A stretch of 64,000 nucleotides of DNA from Halomonadaceae bacterium (lineage in GTDB: Bacteria; Pseudomonadota; Gammaproteobacteria; Pseudomonadales; Oleiphilaceae): contig REBR01000267.1 in the NCBI GenBank assembly GCA_007692645.1, positions 2,120 through 66,119 on the forward strand. Direction: 5' to 3'. The notes beneath the pieces are model-generated. The model was not told the origin of the DNA and did no database searches. It was given only the letters and a program-made list of their open reading frames with translations. The translations under genes and the position numbers were made by a program. The stretch's first letter is position 1. Every line of letters starts with the position of its first letter. Shown here in pieces: positions 46,232-56,519 of this stretch.

Positions 46232-46735
46232 TTATTCCGCAGCCTCCTGAACAGTGGCTTTGATAATCATTACATCCTCAGCTGGCACATCCTGATGGCC
46301 CATTTTGGTGGTGGTGGGGACATCGCGGATTTTCTCCACCACATCCATGCCGCTGACCACTTTGCCAAATACCGCATAGCCCCAGCCATCGGCGCTCTTG
46401 CCACTGTGATCAAGAAACCCGTTATCTTTGACGTTGATGAAAAACTGGGAAGAGGCAGAATGGGGGTCCATGGTGCGGGCCATGGCCAGGGTGCCGGTCT
46501 TGTTGCTGAGGCCGTTGTCCGCCTCGTTGGTAATGGACTCCCGGGGTTTGCGCAGCTTCATGCCTGGCTCAAAACCGCCGCCCTGTACCATGAAGTTGCT
46601 GATCACGCGGTGGAAAATCAGGCCGTCGTAGAAGCCGTCCCGGACATATTGCTCAAAGTTGGCGGCGGATTTTGGCGCTTTTTCATACTCCAGTTCAATG
46701 CCAATGTTGCCGTGACTGGTTTCCAGGATGATCAT
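46232..46735 (-). CDS. ppiB: peptidyl-prolyl cis-trans isomerase B (cyclophilin)
   Basis: 167 aa with FHRVI..FM.QGGG and SQFFIN. It lies 3 nt upstream of lpxH. Confidence 0.95.
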   Translation of the reverse strand: MIILETSHGNIGIELEYEKAPKSAANFEQYVRDGFYDGLIFHRVISNFMVQGGGFEPGMKLRKPRESITNEADNGLSNKTGTLAMARTMDPHSASSQFFINVKDNGFLDHSGKSADGWGYAVFGKVVSGMDVVEKIRDVPTTTKMGHQDVPAEDVMIIKATVQEAAE

Positions 46736-46869
46736 GTGTGTTGGTCCTCATTTTTTATCGGGGCGGTTAGGTTAACGGCCATTGTAAGGTATCTGACCAT
46801 ACAGTGCATGAGATCCAGCGCCGAGTATGATTATAATAGCCGCCCATATTCATCAGGTGCAGAGTCTAT

Positions 46870-48555
46870 ATGAGTGCTGAAGAAAGCAAGGCCGGGCATT
46901 TTATTGCCGCCATTATCGATGAAGACCGCCGTGAGGGTAAGCACGGTGGCAACGTAGTTACCCGTTTCCCGCCAGAGCCCAACGGTTACCTGCACATCGG
47001 CCATGCCAAATCCATCTGCCTGAATTTCGGCATTGCCGAAAGCTATAATGGTGAGTGCACCCTGCGGTTTGACGACACCAACCCGGCCAAAGAAAGCCAG
47101 GAATACATTGATGCCATCAAAGAAGATGTGAGCTGGCTGGGCTACGAGTGGGCCGGCCCGGTACGCTATGCCTCGGATTATTTTGAGCGTCTGTATGAAT
47201 ACGCCATTGAGCTGATTGAGCAGGGTAAGGCCTATGTTTGCAGCCTGCCGGCCACAGAAGCGGCGGAATACCGTGGCTCACTGACCCGCCCCGGGCGCAA
47301 CAGCCCCTACCGGGACCGTACCGTGGCGGAAAACCTGGATCTGTTCAAGCGCATGCGGGCCGGTGAGTTCGCTGAGGGCAAACATGCCCTGCGGGCACGC
47401 ATTGATATGGCCGCGCCGAATATGAACCTGCGGGACCCGATTCTCTACCGCATCCGCTACCAGACCCATCACCAGACCGGTGATAACTGGTGCATTTACC
47501 CCATGTATGACTTTACCCACCCCCTGTCGGATGCAGCGGAAGGGGTGACCCACTCCCTGTGCACCCTGGAGTTTGAGGATCACCGCCCTCTGTATGACTG
47601 GGTGCTGGATAATGTCACTCCGCCTTGCCGGCCTCGGCAGATTGAGTTCGCAAGACTCAATCTCAACTACACCATCACCAGCAAGCGCAAACTGCTGCGG
47701 CTGGTGGATGAAGGCTATGTGGACGGCTGGAACGACCCCCGCATGCCCACCATTTCAGGGCTGCGCCGCCGTGGCGTGACCCCCGCCGCTATCCGGGACT
47801 TCTGCGAGATGGTTGGCATTAACAAGGTGGGCGGCATCGTGGATATGGGCATGCTGGAACATGCTATCCGTGATGACCTGAATCAGCATGCCCCCCGTGC
47901 CATGTGTGTGATGGACCCCATCAAGGTGGTGCTGGTGAATTACCCTGAGGGTGACAGTCAGCAACTGACCCTGCCGGTTCACCCCCAGGACCCGGAGCAG
48001 GGCACCCGTGAGGTGACCTGGAGCCGTGAGCTGTACATTGACCGGGAAGATTTTGCCGAAGTACCCCCGGGTAAATGGAAGCGCCTGGCACCCAATTCCG
48101 CGGTTCGCCTGCGGGGCGGTTATGTCATGACCTGTGTGGATGTGATCAAGAATGCCAAAGGGGATGTGGTCGAACTGCATTGCGAATACGACCCGGAGAC
48201 TCTGGGGGTCAACCCCACCGGCTACAAACCAAAAGGGGTGCTGCACTGGGTCGCCGCGGACACTGCCGTGGATGTGGAGGTGCGCCTCTATGACCGCATG
48301 TTCAACAGTGAAAACCCGGACGGTGACAAAAACGTGGATTTCATTGAACACCTGAACCCCGAGTCACTGCGCATTCTCACCGGCTGCAAGGCAGAACCCA
48401 GCCTGGTCCAGCCCCGTGCTGACATGGCCTACCAGTTCGAGCGTGAAGGCTATTTCTTTTACGACAAAGAAGCCACAGAGACCCAGGGTCTGCCGGTGTT
48501 TAACCGCACCGTGACCCTGCGGGATTCCTGGAGCAAAATCAGCCAGAAGAACTGA
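46870..48555 (+). CDS. glnS: glutamine--tRNA ligase
   Basis: 561 aa with TRFPPEPNGYLHIGHAK (HIGH) and a VMSKR-equivalent region. Confidence 0.97.
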   Translation: MSAEESKAGHFIAAIIDEDRREGKHGGNVVTRFPPEPNGYLHIGHAKSICLNFGIAESYNGECTLRFDDTNPAKESQEYIDAIKEDVSWLGYEWAGPVRYASDYFERLYEYAIELIEQGKAYVCSLPATEAAEYRGSLTRPGRNSPYRDRTVAENLDLFKRMRAGEFAEGKHALRARIDMAAPNMNLRDPILYRIRYQTHHQTGDNWCIYPMYDFTHPLSDAAEGVTHSLCTLEFEDHRPLYDWVLDNVTPPCRPRQIEFARLNLNYTITSKRKLLRLVDEGYVDGWNDPRMPTISGLRRRGVTPAAIRDFCEMVGINKVGGIVDMGMLEHAIRDDLNQHAPRAMCVMDPIKVVLVNYPEGDSQQLTLPVHPQDPEQGTREVTWSRELYIDREDFAEVPPGKWKRLAPNSAVRLRGGYVMTCVDVIKNAKGDVVELHCEYDPETLGVNPTGYKPKGVLHWVAADTAVDVEVRLYDRMFNSENPDGDKNVDFIEHLNPESLRILTGCKAEPSLVQPRADMAYQFEREGYFFYDKEATETQGLPVFNRTVTLRDSWSKISQKN

Positions 48556-48632
48556 CACCGGCAACCCTCTGCCGGAGCAAATGAGCCGCGCCCGGCAGGA
48601 CTGCCGGGCATTAACAAGCCACAGGAGATGAC

Positions 48633-50033
48633 GTGATCCGCATCTACAGCACCCTCAGCCAGAAAAAAGAAACCTTTCGTCCCATCCATGACGGCCAGGT
48701 GCGCATGTATGTCTGTGGCATGACGGTGTACGACTATTGTCACCTGGGCCATGCCCGGGTGCTGGTGGCCTTTGATGTGATCACCCGTTACTTCCGCCAC
48801 CGTGGCTTTGACGTCAATTACATCCGCAACATCACGGATATTGATGACAAGATCCTGCAGCGGGCCCGGGATAACGGTGAGGACTTTATGAGCCTGACCA
48901 ACCGCATGATTGAGGCCATGCATGAAGATGAGAAAGCCCTGGGGGTGATTCCCCCTAACGCGGAGCCCAGGGCTACTGAGTATGTGGCCCAGATTATCGA
49001 CATGATTGGCGTTCTGGTTGAGAAGGGCCATGCCTATCAAGCCAGCAATGGTGATGTGTACTACGCGGTATCCAGCTTCGACGGCTACGGCAAGCTGAGC
49101 AAACGCAAGCTGGAAGACCTGGTGGCCGGTGCCCGGGTGCAGATCGATGAGGCCAAGAAGAGCCCAGCGGACTTTGTGTTGTGGAAATCTGCCAAGCCGG
49201 ATGAAGTGACCTGGCCGTCCCCCTGGGGACCGGGCCGACCGGGCTGGCATATCGAATGCTCCGCCATGTCCACCTGCTGCCTGGGCAACACCTTCGATAT
49301 TCACGGTGGCGGGCCGGACCTGATGTTTCCCCACCATGAAAACGAAATCGCTCAGTCTGAGGCGGCCACGGGGCAACAGTATGTGAATTACTGGATGCAC
49401 GCCGGTGCGGTGCGGGTGAACCATGAAAAAATGTCCAAGTCCCTGGGCAACTTTTTCACCATTCGCGAAATTCTGGAGCAGCACCCGGCTGAAGTCGTGC
49501 GTTACCTGCTGGTGTCCAGCCATTACCGCAGCCAGATCGACTATTCATCGGACAGCCTGAGCGAAGCCCGGGCCTCCCTGAGCCGGTTTTACGAGGCACT
49601 GCGGGGGCTGTTGCCCTTCACTGAGCCGGATCCCCAGTTACTGGCCCACTGGCAGCAGCGCTTCGAAGCGGCCATGGACGATGACTTCAACAGTGCCGGT
49701 GCTCTGGGGGTGCTGTTTGAGGTGGTGCGGGAGATCAACCAGCTGCGCCGCAATGATGATCTGGTGAAAGCCAGCGAGCTGGGGGGCATCGTGGTGCAGC
49801 TGGGTGGCATTTTAGGCCTGTTACAGCAGGACCCGGAGGCCTATTTCCAGGACAGCAGCCCCGGTCAGGAGGAGGGGCTGGACGCCCAGGCGATTGAGCA
49901 GCTGATTGCTGACCGTAAAGCGGCCCGCCAGAACCGGGACTTTGCTGAAGCGGACCGCATCCGTGATGACCTGCTGGCTCAGGGCATTGTGCTGGACGAT
50001 AGCCGGGAAGGAACCCGCTGGCGGAGAGAATAA
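48633..50033 (+). CDS. cysS: cysteine--tRNA ligase
   Basis: 466 aa with a GTG start after AGGAGA. Motifs are CGMTVYDYCHLGHAR and KMSKSLGN. Confidence 0.97.
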   Translation: MIRIYSTLSQKKETFRPIHDGQVRMYVCGMTVYDYCHLGHARVLVAFDVITRYFRHRGFDVNYIRNITDIDDKILQRARDNGEDFMSLTNRMIEAMHEDEKALGVIPPNAEPRATEYVAQIIDMIGVLVEKGHAYQASNGDVYYAVSSFDGYGKLSKRKLEDLVAGARVQIDEAKKSPADFVLWKSAKPDEVTWPSPWGPGRPGWHIECSAMSTCCLGNTFDIHGGGPDLMFPHHENEIAQSEAATGQQYVNYWMHAGAVRVNHEKMSKSLGNFFTIREILEQHPAEVVRYLLVSSHYRSQIDYSSDSLSEARASLSRFYEALRGLLPFTEPDPQLLAHWQQRFEAAMDDDFNSAGALGVLFEVVREINQLRRNDDLVKASELGGIVVQLGGILGLLQQDPEAYFQDSSPGQEEGLDAQAIEQLIADRKAARQNRDFAEADRIRDDLLAQGIVLDDSREGTRWRRE

Positions 50034-50142
50034 AGATCCGCCCCTGGGCAGGCATGAAGTCACCGGCAAATTGCCGTAGAATAAGCTCCCAGTTTACTGT
50101 GAGCATTTCATTATCCACCATCGAACATTGAGGCCAATCACG

Positions 50143-52326
50143 ATGACAGAACGTGTCCAAGCCGGCGACCTGCAAGTTGCCAAGATCCTGTACGACTTTA
50201 TCAACAAGGAAGCGCTGCCTGGCACAGGTGTCGATCAGGACAGCTTCTGGAGCGGTTTCAGCGCCATCGTGAACGACCTGGGCCCCCGTAACCGTGAGCT
50301 GCTGGGCAAGCGTGATGCGCTGCAGGTCAAGCTGGATGACTGGTACAAAGCCAACAAGGACCAGGACATCAATCTGGACCAGTACAAGCAGTTCCTGCAG
50401 GAAATCGGCTACCTGGTACCCGAAGGCAATGATTTCTCTGCCACCACGGAAAATGTGGATCCGGAAATCGCCACCATGGCCGGCCCTCAGCTGGTAGTGC
50501 CGGTCATGAACGCCCGCTTTGCCCTGAACGCCGCCAACGCCCGCTGGGGCAGCCTGTATGACGCCCTCTACGGCAGCGACGTAATTCCCGAAGACGACGG
50601 CGCAGAAAAAGGCCGCGGTGGCTACAACCCCATCCGTGGCGCCCGGGTCATCGATTACGCCCGTAACCTGCTGGACGATTCCGCCCCCCTGGCTGAGGGC
50701 AGCCACCATGGCAGCACCGGTTATCGCATCGAGGCTGGCAAGCTGCTGGTCAAGCTCGGTAACGGCAGTGAAAGCGGCTTGAAGGATCCAGCGCAGCTGG
50801 TGGGTTACACCGGCGCCGAAAATGCCCCCAACGGCATTCTGCTGGTAAAGAATGGCATGCACTTTGAAATTCAGATCGATGCCAGCCACCCCATCGGCAA
50901 AGACGACGGTGCCCATGTAAAAGATGTCGTCATGGAATCCGCCCTGACCACCATCATGGACTGTGAAGACTCCGTGGCTGCGGTGGACGCGCAAGACAAG
51001 ACCCTGGTCTACCGCAACTGGCTGGGACTGATGAAAGGGGATCTGGAAGAAAGCTTTGAGAAAGGCGGCAAAACCCAGACCCGGCGCATGAATCAGGACC
51101 GTGAATACACCGGTACCGATGGCAAGACTGTTACCTTGCAGGGCCGCAGCCTGATGTTCGTGCGTAACGTGGGCCACCTGATGAGCAACGAAGCCATCCT
51201 GGACAAAGCCGGCAATGAAATTTACGAAGGCATCATGGACGGTGTGGTCACCTCCCTGATTGCTATTCATGACCTGAAGAGTCAGGGCCCGATCCGTAAC
51301 AGCAAGACCGGCAGCGTCTATATCGTTAAGCCCAAGATGCACGGCCCTGAAGAAGTGGCCTTTACCAATGAGCTGTTTGGCCGGGTGGAAGAAATCCTGG
51401 GCCTGACCCGTAACACCCTGAAAGTGGGCATCATGGATGAGGAACGCCGCACCACGGTGAACCTCAAGGAATGTATTCGTGCCGCCAAAGAGCGGGTGGT
51501 GTTTATCAACACCGGCTTCCTGGACCGCACCGGCGATGAGATCCACACCAGCATGGAAGCCGGCCCGGTGATCCGCAAGGCCGCCATGAAGCAGGCGGAC
51601 TGGATGACCACCTATGAAGACTGGAACGTGGACATCGGCCTGGAAACTGGCCTCAAGGGCCGTTCCCAGATTGGTAAGGGCATGTGGCCCATGCCAGACA
51701 AAATGGCAGGCATGATGGAGGCGAAAATCGCCCACCCCATGGCCGGCGCCAACACCGCCTGGGTGCCATCCCCCACAGCGGCGAGCTTGCATGCCATGCA
51801 TTACCATAAGGTGGATGTGCGCGCCCGTCAGGATGAGCTGGCCAAGCGTGGCCGTGCCAGCCTGGACAAGATCCTGACGCTGCCGCTGCTGAAAGACGTC
51901 AATTCGGTCAGCGCTGAAGAGCGTCAGCAGGAACTGGACAACAATGCCCAGGGTATTCTCGGTTACGTGGTGCGCTGGATTGATAGTGGCGTCGGCTGCT
52001 CCAAGGTGCCGGACATCAACGATGTGGGCCTGATGGAAGACCGTGCCACCCTGCGGATTTCCTCACAGCACATCTGTAACTGGCTGCACCACGGCCTCTA
52101 CACCGAAGAGCAGGTGATGGAAGCCATGAAGCGCATGGCGGCGGTGGTGGATCGCCAGAACAGCGGCGACCCCAGCTACCGGGCCATGGCAGATAACTTT
52201 GATGACAGTATTGCCTTCAAGGCAGCCTGTGATCTGGTACTGAAGGGCCGTGAGCAGCCCAACGGCTACACCGAGCCGCTTCTGCACGCTTACCGTCGCA
52301 AGGCCAAGGCCAAGTTCGGGCAGTAA
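50143..52326 (+). CDS. glcB: malate synthase G
   Basis: Starts [21 protein letters not shown]... and is collinear with GlcB over about 727 aa. I preferred the ATG at 50143 to the TTG at 50128. Confidence 0.96.
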   Translation: MTERVQAGDLQVAKILYDFINKEALPGTGVDQDSFWSGFSAIVNDLGPRNRELLGKRDALQVKLDDWYKANKDQDINLDQYKQFLQEIGYLVPEGNDFSATTENVDPEIATMAGPQLVVPVMNARFALNAANARWGSLYDALYGSDVIPEDDGAEKGRGGYNPIRGARVIDYARNLLDDSAPLAEGSHHGSTGYRIEAGKLLVKLGNGSESGLKDPAQLVGYTGAENAPNGILLVKNGMHFEIQIDASHPIGKDDGAHVKDVVMESALTTIMDCEDSVAAVDAQDKTLVYRNWLGLMKGDLEESFEKGGKTQTRRMNQDREYTGTDGKTVTLQGRSLMFVRNVGHLMSNEAILDKAGNEIYEGIMDGVVTSLIAIHDLKSQGPIRNSKTGSVYIVKPKMHGPEEVAFTNELFGRVEEILGLTRNTLKVGIMDEERRTTVNLKECIRAAKERVVFINTGFLDRTGDEIHTSMEAGPVIRKAAMKQADWMTTYEDWNVDIGLETGLKGRSQIGKGMWPMPDKMAGMMEAKIAHPMAGANTAWVPSPTAASLHAMHYHKVDVRARQDELAKRGRASLDKILTLPLLKDVNSVSAEERQQELDNNAQGILGYVVRWIDSGVGCSKVPDINDVGLMEDRATLRISSQHICNWLHHGLYTEEQVMEAMKRMAAVVDRQNSGDPSYRAMADNFDDSIAFKAACDLVLKGREQPNGYTEPLLHAYRRKAKAKFGQ

Positions 52327-52344
52327 CACCCCTTGAGCTGACAT

Positions 52345-52372
52345 AAAAAACCCCGCTACGGCGGGGTTTTTT
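52345..52372 (+). terminator. rho-independent terminator after glcB
   Basis: AAAAAACCCCGC-TACG-GCGGGGTTTTTT. Confidence 0.8.
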
Positions 52373-52405
52373 CGTTGCTGGCAACTCAGCATAAAACAGG
52401 GGTTT

Positions 52406-52425
52406 ATCGCGGCTATAGCCGCGAT
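52406..52425. repeat. perfect 20-bp palindrome
   Basis: ATCGCGGCTATAGCCGCGAT, centred between the two inverted terminator copies. Confidence 0.7.
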
Positions 52426-52443
52426 TGACCGGTGCTCAGAACT

Positions 52444-52470
52444 AAAACCCCCCGCCGTAGCGGGGTTCTT
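52444..52470 (-). terminator. rho-independent terminator after folD (inverted copy of the glcB terminator core)
   Basis: The minus strand reads AAGAACCCCGC-TACG-GCGGGGGGTTTT. The 16-nt core CCCCGCTACGGCGGGG is identical to that of the glcB terminator. Confidence 0.7.
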
Positions 52471-52485
52471 ATAGCCGCAAAGAGA

Positions 52486-53340
52486 TCAGTCGTGCAGCTG
52501 ATCCGCCGCATACAGGGTGTTCTGCAGCAGGATGGCAATGGTCATGGGCCCCACACCCCCCGGTACCGGGGTAATCCAGCCAGCGCGCTCTGCGGCCGCC
52601 GCAAACACCACATCACCGGTCAGCTTGCCCTCGGCCGTGCGGTTGATGCCCACATCAATGACCGTGGCCCCGGGGCGTACCCATTCACCAGGTATCAGGC
52701 CGGGCTTGCCCGCGGCGGCAATCAGAATATCTGCCTCACCCACAAAGCGGGCCAGATTTTCGGTAAAGCGGTGAGTAACGGTGACGGTGGCGCCCTTGAT
52801 CAGCAGTTCCATGGCCATGGGGCGGCCAACGATATTGGAGGCCCCCACAATAACCGCATGCTGGCCCTTGTAGGGTGTCTTGATGCTGTCCAGCAAGCGA
52901 ATGATGCCCGCCGGGGTGCAGGGGCGCAGTTCCGGCTTGCGCTGGGCCAGGCGGCCGATGTTGTAAGGGTGAAAGCCATCCACGTCCTTGTCCGGACGGA
53001 TGCGCAACAGAATCTGATCATCGTCCAGATGCCCGGGGAGGGGAAGCTGCACCAGGATGCCGTCAATCTCCGGGTCACTATTCAGGTCATCCACCAGTTG
53101 GTTCAGGCTTTCCTGAGTGGTGTTTTCCGGCAGGCTGTAATCCCGGGCAATGATGCCAGTTTCTTCACAGGCTTCACGTTTTTTGCGCACATACACACTG
53201 GATGCGGGATCGTTACCCACCAGAATGACGGCCAGTCCTGGGGGGCGCAGGCCCTGTTCACGGCGACGACTAACCCCAGCGGCCACCTCATCCCTTACTG
53301 AGCGGGAAATGGCCTTGCCGTCAATCAGTTGTGCTGTCAT
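52486..53340 (-). CDS. folD: bifunctional methylenetetrahydrofolate dehydrogenase/cyclohydrolase
   Basis: Internal ATG of ORF 52486..53691. It starts [12 protein letters not shown]..., and contains GRPM and PGGVGPMT. The ORF extension reads through tRNA-Pro and is spurious. Confidence 0.96.
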   Translation of the reverse strand: MTAQLIDGKAISRSVRDEVAAGVSRRREQGLRPPGLAVILVGNDPASSVYVRKKREACEETGIIARDYSLPENTTQESLNQLVDDLNSDPEIDGILVQLPLPGHLDDDQILLRIRPDKDVDGFHPYNIGRLAQRKPELRPCTPAGIIRLLDSIKTPYKGQHAVIVGASNIVGRPMAMELLIKGATVTVTHRFTENLARFVGEADILIAAAGKPGLIPGEWVRPGATVIDVGINRTAEGKLTGDVVFAAAAERAGWITPVPGGVGPMTIAILLQNTLYAADQLHD

Positions 53341-53547
53341 TAATACTCTCTCGCTGGGTGTGACCGGCTGGCGGCATCTGCAGGCAGTGATGCCGGTAAT
53401 GGCGAACTCTTTAGGGGGCGTATTGTCGCATGCCTGGGCCTTGGGGCCAATGTGCTCAATGATAGTAAAGGCTGTTAATGGGGGCCTGGAAACCCTCACC
53501 GCCAGTGAGTAATATGGGTGCCAGAGGCATTTGCCGGCGCAAAGCGC

Positions 53548-53576
53548 TTGACGAAGGCCCGGCGCGTCGTTAATAT
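53548..53576 (+). promoter_or_regulatory. sigma70 stable-RNA-type promoter for the tRNA operon
   Basis: TTGACG, a 17-nt spacer, TAATAT, then the GC-rich discriminator GCGCGCC. It lies about 40 nt upstream of tRNA-Pro. Confidence 0.55.
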
Positions 53577-53613
53577 GCGCGCCAACTTTGCTGACTAACA
53601 GCTTAACGATTTT

Positions 53614-53690
53614 CGGGGTATAGCGCAGTCTGGTAGCGCGCCTGCTTTGGGAGCAGGATGTCGGGAGTTCGAATCTCTCTACCCCGACCA
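53614..53690 (+). tRNA. tRNA-Pro (anticodon UGG)
   Basis: Cloverleaf folded by hand. The acceptor pairs CGGGGTA with TACCCCG, the anticodon loop is TTTGGGA, the T-loop is TTCGAAT, and the 3-prime end is ACCA. Confidence 0.93.
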
Positions 53691-53725
53691 TATTTGATCG
53701 CTCGTCCGGTGAGCGTGTGGGTTAA

Positions 53726-53802
<77 letters not shown>

Positions 53803-53911
53803 GTTCAGGCAGTTGGACCGAGCCGGACAAGGTCTTGCATCATTTCAGATACACCATGAAAGCATCGGCGCAGTTCATCTGTGCCACCAAGAATGCTGAT
53901 TAACGGTTTAT

Positions 53912-53988
53912 GGTGGGCGTAGCTCAGTTGGTAGAGCTCAGGATTGTGACTCCTGCGGTCGAGGGTTCGATCCCCTTCGTCCACCCCA
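53912..53988 (+). tRNA. tRNA-His (anticodon GUG)
   Basis: It carries the extra G at position -1 (GGTGGGCGTAGCTCAGTTGGTAGAGC). The anticodon stem pairs CAGGA with TCCTG around loop TTGTGAC, and the end is CCACCCCA. Confidence 0.93.
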
Positions 53989-53997
53989 TATTCTTTC

Positions 53998-54022
53998 AGG
54001 CGCCTGTTGGCGCCTTGTTTTT
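53998..54022 (+). terminator. terminator-like hairpin inside the tRNA cluster (between His and Leu)
   Basis: AGGCGCC-TGTT-GGCGCCT followed by TGTTTTT. Confidence 0.4.
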
Positions 54023-54055
54023 GTCCGGTTGGGCGCTCTTGCCTGCCGGTGCTAT

Positions 54056-54139
54056 GCCGCCCTGGTGGAATTGGTAGACACGCTAGGTTTAGGTCCTAGT
54101 GCCCTAGGCGTCCCGGTTCAAGTCCGGGGGGCGGTACCA
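54056..54139 (+). tRNA. tRNA-Leu (anticodon UAG), class II with long variable arm
   Basis: The acceptor pairs GCCGCCC with GGGCGGT, the D-region is GGAATTGGTAGAC, the anticodon stem pairs CTAGG with CCTAG around loop TTTAGGT, and the end is ACCA. Confidence 0.9.
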
Positions 54140-54282
54140 TTTTAGACAAGCTTCCACAGAAACAAACCCCTTCTGCTGTATTTTACCCCCCCAGAGCATT
54201 TCTCTACCGCTGGTTAAACGTGGTAAAGTGCTCGTTTATGCCCCATTCACTGAACCCAAACGGCAACCTTTGAGGAAGATCC

Positions 54283-55587
54283 ATGCAAGTTTCTGTTGAG
54301 ACGACGTCTGATATTGAGCGTCGGATGACCATCGGCGTACCCGCAGAGAAAGTGCAGCAGCAGGTGGATAAACGCCTGCAGGAAGCGGCCAAGACCGTCA
54401 AGCTGAACGGGTTCCGCCCCGGAAAGGTGCCCATGAGCGTGGTGCGTAAGCGTTTCGGCCCCGGCGTGCGTCAGGAAGTGCTGGGTGATGTGATGCGGGA
54501 ATCCTACATGGAGGCGATCCAGAAGGAAGAGGTACAGCCCGCTGGCATGCCCCGCTTTGAACCCAAAACTGTTGAAGAAGGCAAGGACTTTGAGTTTGTT
54601 GCCGTCTTTGAGGTGATGCCCGCCTTCGAAATCGGCGATATGAGCAAAATTGAGATTGAAAAGCCGGTGTCTGAGGTGGAAGACAAAGACCTCACCAAGA
54701 TGATCGACAACCTGCGCCGCCAACAGGCCACCATGAAAGAGGTCAAGCGCAAGGCGAAAAAGAAAGACGTCATGACCCTGGATTTTGCCGGCACCATTGA
54801 CGGTGAAGCCTTTGACGGTGGCACAGCAGAAGACCAGGCGATTACTCTGGGGGAAGGCCAGATGATCCCCGGTTTTGAAGATGGCCTGATCGGCGCTAAA
54901 ACCGGTGAAGAGCATACCCTGGACGTGACTTTCCCTGAGGACTACCAGAACAAGGAACTGGCCGGTAAAGCCGCACAATTCCAGGTTACGGTGAAAAAAG
55001 TGGAAGAGCCCCAACTGCCTGAGATGACTCCGGAGTTTTTCCAGCAATTTGGTGTCGAAGCGGATAGCGAAGAGCAGTTCCGTGAAGAAGTCCGCAAAAA
55101 TATGGCGCGGGAACTTAAAAACGGTATCAGCAACAAAGTTAAAAACCAGGTAGTGGATGGTTTGTTGCAAGTGACCGAGTTTCAGGTGCCCCAGGGCATG
55201 GTGGATCAGGAAATTGACCGCCTGAAGCAGGAAGCGGTTCAGCAGTTTGGTGGCCAGATGGACGCCTCACAACTGCCTTCAGAGCTGTTCCAGGATCAGG
55301 CTGTGCGCCGTGTGCGTACCGGTCTGGTATTCCAGGAAATTCTGCGCAAAGAAGAACTCACCGCAGATGAAGATGCCGTGAACACCAAGCTGCAGGAAAT
55401 TGCCTCTACCTATCAGGACCCGGAGGAGGTGATTGCCCACTACAACAGCAATCCGGAACAGAAGCAGCAGCTGGAAGCCGTTGTGCTGGAAGACAAAGTG
55501 GTTGACCTGGTGCTGAGCAAGGCCAAAGTCAAAGAAAAGAAGTATAAATACGAAGATGCCGTTAAGCCGCCCCAACAGGGCGCCTGA
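54283..55587 (+). CDS. tig: trigger factor
   Basis: 434 aa starting MQVSVETTSDIERRMTIGVPAEKV, with GFRPGKVP. Confidence 0.97.
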   Translation: MQVSVETTSDIERRMTIGVPAEKVQQQVDKRLQEAAKTVKLNGFRPGKVPMSVVRKRFGPGVRQEVLGDVMRESYMEAIQKEEVQPAGMPRFEPKTVEEGKDFEFVAVFEVMPAFEIGDMSKIEIEKPVSEVEDKDLTKMIDNLRRQQATMKEVKRKAKKKDVMTLDFAGTIDGEAFDGGTAEDQAITLGEGQMIPGFEDGLIGAKTGEEHTLDVTFPEDYQNKELAGKAAQFQVTVKKVEEPQLPEMTPEFFQQFGVEADSEEQFREEVRKNMARELKNGISNKVKNQVVDGLLQVTEFQVPQGMVDQEIDRLKQEAVQQFGGQMDASQLPSELFQDQAVRRVRTGLVFQEILRKEELTADEDAVNTKLQEIASTYQDPEEVIAHYNSNPEQKQQLEAVVLEDKVVDLVLSKAKVKEKKYKYEDAVKPPQQGA

Positions 55588-55637
55588 TTTGCCCAGAGAC
55601 TGCCCGCTGGTGTTAGAGTTGGTCTAGACTGACTAAG

Positions 55638-55659
55638 CAGCCGGCATACCGGCTGTTTT
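55638..55659 (+). terminator. rho-independent terminator after tig
   Basis: CAGCCGG-CATA-CCGGCTG followed by TTTT. Confidence 0.65.
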
Positions 55660-55742
55660 CATCAGGGCTTTTTATCAGGCAATTTCAGGTTCAGGCGGCA
55701 CCAGGCTGTCAACACCGTTCAAATACGGAGATAACAAGGCAT

Positions 55743-56375
55743 ATGACTAACCCATTTAACCAGGGCGCCGGGCAAACCCATTCCGCTCTAGTGCCCATGG
55801 TAATTGAGCAAACGGCCCGTGGTGAGCGGTCTTTTGACATTTATTCCCGTTTGCTGAAAGAGCGCGTTATTTTCATGGTGGGGCAGGTGGAAGACCACAT
55901 GGCCAACCTGATTGTGGCTCAGTTGTTGTTTCTGGAATCGGAAAACCCGGACAAGGACATCCACCTGTACATCAATTCCCCCGGTGGCTCCGTCACTGCG
56001 GGTATGTCGATTTATGACACCATGCAGTTTATCAAGCCGGACGTGTCCACTTTGTGTATTGGTCAGGCGGCCAGCATGGGCGCGTTGCTGTTGGCTGGCG
56101 GTGCAGCGGGTAAGCGGTTCTGTCTGCCCCACTCCCGGGTAATGATTCATCAGCCGTTGGGTGGTTTCCAGGGGCAGGCCTCGGACATTGAGATCCATAC
56201 CAAGGAAATCCTCAAGATCCGTGATGATCTCAATACTATTCTGGCGCACCATACCGGCCAGCCCATTGAGACTATCGCCCGTGATACCGACCGTGACAAT
56301 TTCATGGACCCGGCACAGGCAACGGAATACGGTTTGATTGATGGTTCACTTGATAAGCGTCCCCTCAATAAATAA
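55743..56375 (+). CDS. clpP: ATP-dependent Clp protease proteolytic subunit
   Basis: 210 aa with [20 protein letters not shown] (Ser) and MIHQPLGG (His). Confidence 0.97.
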   Translation: MTNPFNQGAGQTHSALVPMVIEQTARGERSFDIYSRLLKERVIFMVGQVEDHMANLIVAQLLFLESENPDKDIHLYINSPGGSVTAGMSIYDTMQFIKPDVSTLCIGQAASMGALLLAGGAAGKRFCLPHSRVMIHQPLGGFQGQASDIEIHTKEILKIRDDLNTILAHHTGQPIETIARDTDRDNFMDPAQATEYGLIDGSLDKRPLNK

Positions 56376-56519
56376 TACTGGATTACTGCAGTCGTATTGC
56401 TGCCAGCGGGCGTAGACAGACTAACGAGTACCACCGGGGCGGGTCAGTAGCCCGCCACCGGGGTAACATCAGCGTTAACATCGACGAGCAGTTTTGCTCT
56501 GGGCTATAGAGGTACATCA

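Noticed and set aside
45959-46873. 304-aa plus-strand ORF covering lpxH and ppiB in antisense. Similar cases are 48459..49523, 52432..53301, 54247..55170, 20105..20842 and 23811..24571.
   Set aside because: All are shadow ORFs opposite strongly supported housekeeping genes. None has an RBS or recognisable domain signature.
48556-48632. Two GC hairpins (CCGGCA-N6-TGCCGG and CCCGGCAG-GA-CTGCCGGG) between glnS and cysS, as REP elements or terminators.
   Set aside because: No U-run follows either one, and I found no further copies of these exact stems in the window. They may be weak attenuators, but the evidence is insufficient.
49735-51807. 690-aa ORF antisense to cysS and glcB.
   Set aside because: It spans two unrelated genes plus their intergenic region, has biased composition and carries no motifs. 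GC-bias artefact.
53341-53691. N-terminal extension of the folD ORF ([12 protein letters not shown]...), and the 75-aa ORF at 53603..53830.
   Set aside because: These frames are translations of the complement of tRNA-Pro and tRNA-Arg. The motif ERFELPTS is the classic tRNA T-arm read-through artefact. folD starts at 53340.
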